DNA of 64,000 nucleotides from an uncultured Eubacteriales bacterium. Lineage in GTDB: Bacteria > Bacillota > Clostridia > Lachnospirales > Lachnospiraceae. The stretch lies in contig OMVU01000006.1 of assembly GCA_900314565.1 (NCBI GenBank), positions 66,074 to 130,073 on the forward strand, read 5' to 3'. How positions within the stretch are numbered: position 1 is the first letter of the stretch; every line of letters starts with the position of its first letter. Positions 60,490 to 64,000 of the stretch are shown piece by piece. Position numbers and translations under genes: made by a program. The notes under the pieces were generated by a model. That model was given only the letters and a program-made list of their open reading frames with translations, was not told the origin of the DNA and ran no database searches.

Positions 60490-63045
60490 TCAAAAGTGAT
60501 ATGTGCCCGCCGTCAGCATCTTTGTCGATCCGTCAGGAAACCGTACCTTCGCTGAGCAGTTTGCCGGGATCTCTATGGTGTAACTGATCTCATCGCCTTT
60601 CTGCTCCCAGCGGGACAGGACACGCCCATAGGGGCTCAGCCAGTCTGCCTGTGCATCGGTAAATGTTCCTCCCGGGACCGGTGCGATCTCAAAGCTGTTT
60701 TCTCCGCATACACGAATCCCTGCGCAGGTGTCGAACAGCCACTGGCAGACCGCCCCGGGGGAGTAATGATTCTGGCTCAGCGTTCCCTCCCAGTTCTCCC
60801 AGACCGTAGTTGCCCCGTCCAGTACTTCGCCCAGCCAGCCGGGTTTTTCGGTATTCTCCAGCATCCTGTAGGCTGTTTCAGCCTCTCCGGCCTCGGTCAG
60901 TACCGGCAGCAGGAATGGTGTGGAAAGAAATCCCGTTCCGACCCGGAAGCGGTAGTTTTCTACCGCGCATTTCAGGCGTCTTATCGCTTTTTCTTTGGTT
61001 TCGCCGTCAAGCAGGCCCAGCGCCAAAGGCCGCACCAGTTTTGCCTGCCGGTCCGAATCGAGTTCTGCGAATCCGGCATAGGCTCGCTTTGCCCCTTCTG
61101 CGATTTTCTTATAAGGTGCGCTGCTTCTGCCGAGCACTTCTGCGATCTGACCTATGATGGTCATGCTGTAATAAAGATAAGCCGTGCATTCCTCCGGATG
61201 CCGTGCCTTTGCTCCGTATACCGGGTCACGAAACTCTTCAGGCTCCAGCCATTCTCCCAGATGGACGCCTTTTTCATAGATAAATGCATTATCCGGATTT
61301 TTATTTCCTTCTTTTTTATCTTTAAGGCCCAGGTTATGCTGAAGATAATCCGCATATTTTTCGATCATCGGCCAGGCTTCTTCCAGCTGCTGCCTGTCTC
61401 CAAAGCGCAGATAGTATCTCCAGGGCACCAGGTAGACTGCGTCAGCCCACCCTACGGAAACTCCGGTCGCTTTATACATCATATCTACGCCGCTGTAGGG
61501 AATGACCGCATTGATCAGACCGTTCGGATACACGTCGTCCGCCATATCCCGCAGCCACTTACGGAAGAACGGGGCGGTATTCATCAGGTACGCACCGGTG
61601 TCGAAAAAGATCTGTGCATCTCCCGTCCAGCCCAGACGTTCTCTGGTCGAGCAGTCCGTGGGGACATCAAGAAAGTTCCCTTTCATGCTCCAGCGGGTAT
61701 TTTGGACCAGCTTGTTCACGAGTTCATTGGAGCAGGTGAATTTGCCGGTCTGCTCCAGATCGGAATACACTGCGATCGCTGTAAAGTCTTCCGGCCGGAA
61801 ACGGACATTTCCCCTGATCTGCACATACCGGAAACCAAATACCGCAAAGCTTGTCCTGTAATGATCCGTTCTGCCGGAACAAAGGAACCGTATTTCCTGA
61901 CGCGGTGTGGGGTTATTCTCCCCGCTCACCTGATTTGTCATCAGTTTTTTGATCAGACTCAGCTGATTCCATCCTTTGGCCGGGCGGCTTTCCTGGATAC
62001 CGCTGAGATCGACGTTTCCGTTTTGATCCAGCACTTCTCCACATGTCAGAAAGAGCTTCTGTCCTTTTTTTCCGTGTACGGTGAATTCCAGATATCCGGC
62101 AATGTTCTGCCCGAAGTCCAGTACATTACCTGGCAGCAGCCTGGCCTCTAACCTTTCCTGCTCCCGCACCGGCACATTGTCGGAAGCCGTGATCATAGCT
62201 CCTTTCGGTCCGGACACGGTCATCGCCCGTCCATGATAAGAAGGCTCTTTGGATGCGTCGATCCATTCCCCGTCTTTCAGATCTGCAAAACGGATCGGTC
62301 CGTCATTGCTCCATTCCCAGTCCTCATCTGTGATGACGGTCTGCATGGTGCCGTCTGAAAAGAGCAGTTCCAGCTGCGCCATGACGCTGGTCTGCGTTCC
62401 GAATACATTTGTCACCCCGTACGCAGCTATACTGCCCCGGTACCAGCCGTCTGCAAGACGAAGTTCCACCGTGTTGTCCTTCTTCAGCAGATTCGTCACA
62501 TCATAAGTCTGATACTGGATGCGCCGACGGTAATCCGTCATGCCCGGAGCCAGAATAAATTCCCGAAGACGGTTCCCGTTGATCGTCACATCGTATACGC
62601 CTCTTGCGGTGGCATACAGCCTCGCGGAGACAATTTCTTTATCAGCCGTAAACTTCCTGCGGAAACAATCCACCGGATAGCGGCGCTTTTTGTTCGGTCT
62701 GTAATTTCCGCTGATCCACTTTGCCGTCCAGTCTTCAGGAAGCAGAAGGCCCAGTTCGAACCGTGAGGATTCTGCTTCTCCGGCCTGACCGTTCTCATCC
62801 CACAGCATGACCGTCCAGGTGATCCTGTCCCGGCTTCGGAGCGGAAGACCGGAATACGGAATGTGCGTCATGGAAGAAGATTCTGTTTTGCCGCTGTCCC
62901 AGACGACTTCATCGTCCCTTTTTGCGACGATCTGATAAGCCGTCTGCCGGATTCCGCCTTCGCAGTTCCATGAAAAGCGAGGCCTGGCAATGCCCAGACC
63001 CAACGGTTTCGTCAGGTACTCTGTCTGCAGACGTATTGCTTTCAT
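60490..63045 (-). CDS. Alpha-L-rhamnosidase, GH78
   Basis: L.TEYL..PLG....PRFSW, ATARGVY, DFGQN, DC.TRERLGWTGDAQ, TT.WE.W and S.NHY motifs. Confidence 0.9.
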   Translation of the reverse strand: MKAIRLQTEYLTKPLGLGIARPRFSWNCEGGIRQTAYQIVAKRDDEVVWDSGKTESSSMTHIPYSGLPLRSRDRITWTVMLWDENGQAGEAESSRFELGLLLPEDWTAKWISGNYRPNKKRRYPVDCFRRKFTADKEIVSARLYATARGVYDVTINGNRLREFILAPGMTDYRRRIQYQTYDVTNLLKKDNTVELRLADGWYRGSIAAYGVTNVFGTQTSVMAQLELLFSDGTMQTVITDEDWEWSNDGPIRFADLKDGEWIDASKEPSYHGRAMTVSGPKGAMITASDNVPVREQERLEARLLPGNVLDFGQNIAGYLEFTVHGKKGQKLFLTCGEVLDQNGNVDLSGIQESRPAKGWNQLSLIKKLMTNQVSGENNPTPRQEIRFLCSGRTDHYRTSFAVFGFRYVQIRGNVRFRPEDFTAIAVYSDLEQTGKFTCSNELVNKLVQNTRWSMKGNFLDVPTDCSTRERLGWTGDAQIFFDTGAYLMNTAPFFRKWLRDMADDVYPNGLINAVIPYSGVDMMYKATGVSVGWADAVYLVPWRYYLRFGDRQQLEEAWPMIEKYADYLQHNLGLKDKKEGNKNPDNAFIYEKGVHLGEWLEPEEFRDPVYGAKARHPEECTAYLYYSMTIIGQIAEVLGRSSAPYKKIAEGAKRAYAGFAELDSDRQAKLVRPLALGLLDGETKEKAIRRLKCAVENYRFRVGTGFLSTPFLLPVLTEAGEAETAYRMLENTEKPGWLGEVLDGATTVWENWEGTLSQNHYSPGAVCQWLFDTCAGIRVCGENSFEIAPVPGGTFTDAQADWLSPYGRVLSRWEQKGDEISYTIEIPANCSAKVRFPDGSTKMLTAGTYHF

Positions 63046-63120
63046 ATTGATTTCCTTCCTGCCGGGCTGTCCGGCATCGTCAGGCTGTTTTTTCAGTGTT
63101 CTTTCCCGGGCTGCCGGGCT

Positions 63121-64000
63121 TCAGTGATCCTTCACGGGGATCTCTGCCTTTGCTTCCTGTTTTCCGTCCGTTACCCGGACCGTAAGCGTTCCTTCTCCGA
63201 CGGCTCTCACGACAGCCAATGCACGGCCGTAATACGTGGTGAACGAGCCGCTGTCATACAGTTCCTCCGTTCGCGGATTCGCGCTCCCGAAAGCGAGCAG
63301 CTCGCCATTCTCCAGGGCGATATCCAGTCTGCGGTCTGCATTGGACTCCACTGAGTGTGCCGCATCCTCCAGAGTGACCGGAATAAATACAATTTCTCCG
63401 GCGGTAAGCGTTTGCTTCTCCGGGGCAAGAACGATAGAGAGAGCATCCTTTGCAGAACGCAGGCAGGCCTGTCCGTCTTTTTCTCCGGCTGTATTATAAT
63501 GAACGACCTGAAGTGTACCCGGCCGGTATTTCACTTTGAAGATTGCTTTTCCGTTTTTGATCTTTTTCTGCCCGAGTTTTCTTCCATTCAGACCCAGTGC
63601 CACGCTGCCCTCTGACGCGTAGATTTCCACGACAGCCTGATTTCCTTCGCAGCCCTGCCAGCTCCAGGACGGTATGGAATTGGTTCCCCGCCACACGGAT
63701 CTCGCAGGCTGAACGCCCGGATGATTGACCGGTCGTACGCTGATCACCGGATCCTTCAAAAGTCCCCAGGCAGCCTGTGCCAGAAAGATCTCGCCGGTCG
63801 GATTGCCGAGCAGGTCCAGTGCCCCTGCATCTGCCGAGATCCATGGGTAAGGTTTTTCGAAGCCCTTTCCATCCGGTGTATAGGCCCAGCCGCCGATTCC
63901 GACTTCTCCAAGATAATCCCATGCAGTCCACATGAAGTCTCCGACAAGATACGGATATTTTTTCACCATGCTCCAGTTTTTCCAGATGTCCTGGGGAAAT
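63121..64000 (-). CDS. GH2 glycoside hydrolase, C-terminal part (5' end outside window)
   Basis: G.F.WTAWDYLGE.G, G..D..G.P, DUF4982-like Ig domains and GSANP..G.ALAVV; frame open to the window end. Confidence 0.85.
   Translation of the reverse strand, partial: FPQDIWKNWSMVKKYPYLVGDFMWTAWDYLGEVGIGGWAYTPDGKGFEKPYPWISADAGALDLLGNPTGEIFLAQAAWGLLKDPVISVRPVNHPGVQPARSVWRGTNSIPSWSWQGCEGNQAVVEIYASEGSVALGLNGRKLGQKKIKNGKAIFKVKYRPGTLQVVHYNTAGEKDGQACLRSAKDALSIVLAPEKQTLTAGEIVFIPVTLEDAAHSVESNADRRLDIALENGELLAFGSANPRTEELYDSGSFTTYYGRALAVVRAVGEGTLTVRVTDGKQEAKAEIPVKDH

Overview
This is a gene-dense chromosomal window from a Clostridia-class Firmicute. Gene content (DUF5702/TadE/DUF6382 pilus tail, Firmicute-type galT, murG, cysE-cysS, PcrA-like helicase) looks Lachnospiraceae-like; taxonomy is an inference. 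I found no rRNA, tRNA, CRISPR array, integrase or transposase. Layout: (1) 1-4.7 kb, 3' end of a Tad/Flp pilus locus; (2) 4.8-9.2 kb, housekeeping genes (HIT, murG, beta-CASP nuclease, DUF937); (3) 9.5-16.3 kb, a four-gene transmembrane phospho-signalling operon (protease-FHA, probable pseudoprotease-FHA, Ser/Thr kinase, PP2C); (4) 16.5-26.6 kb, ROK, lacZ, oxidoreductase, helicase, cysS, cysE; (5) 26.9-37.2 kb, the standout locus: acyl-ACP thioesterase, ACP and acyl-AMP ligase transcribed divergently from a close homologue of Cutibacterium acnes polyunsaturated fatty acid isomerase (PAI), followed by a CrtI/retinol-saturase-family flavoenzyme, an FNR-[2Fe-2S] reductase and a large Fe-S flavoprotein. 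This is a candidate PUFA isomerisation plus biohydrogenation (trans-10-type) pathway; (6) 37.5-46 kb, WG-repeat protein, SpoVK-like AAA+, M14 peptidoglycan peptidase, a repeat-rich 1.3-kb intergenic region and a kinase with three SH3b domains; (7) galT, 5'-nucleotidase, YdcF; (8) 51.4-60.5 kb, a mosaic of small accessory genes and gene relics; (9) GH78 and a partial GH2. Four families of palindromic intergenic repeats (A-D) recur across the window. All family assignments come from motif recognition and recalled sequences; no database searches were run.
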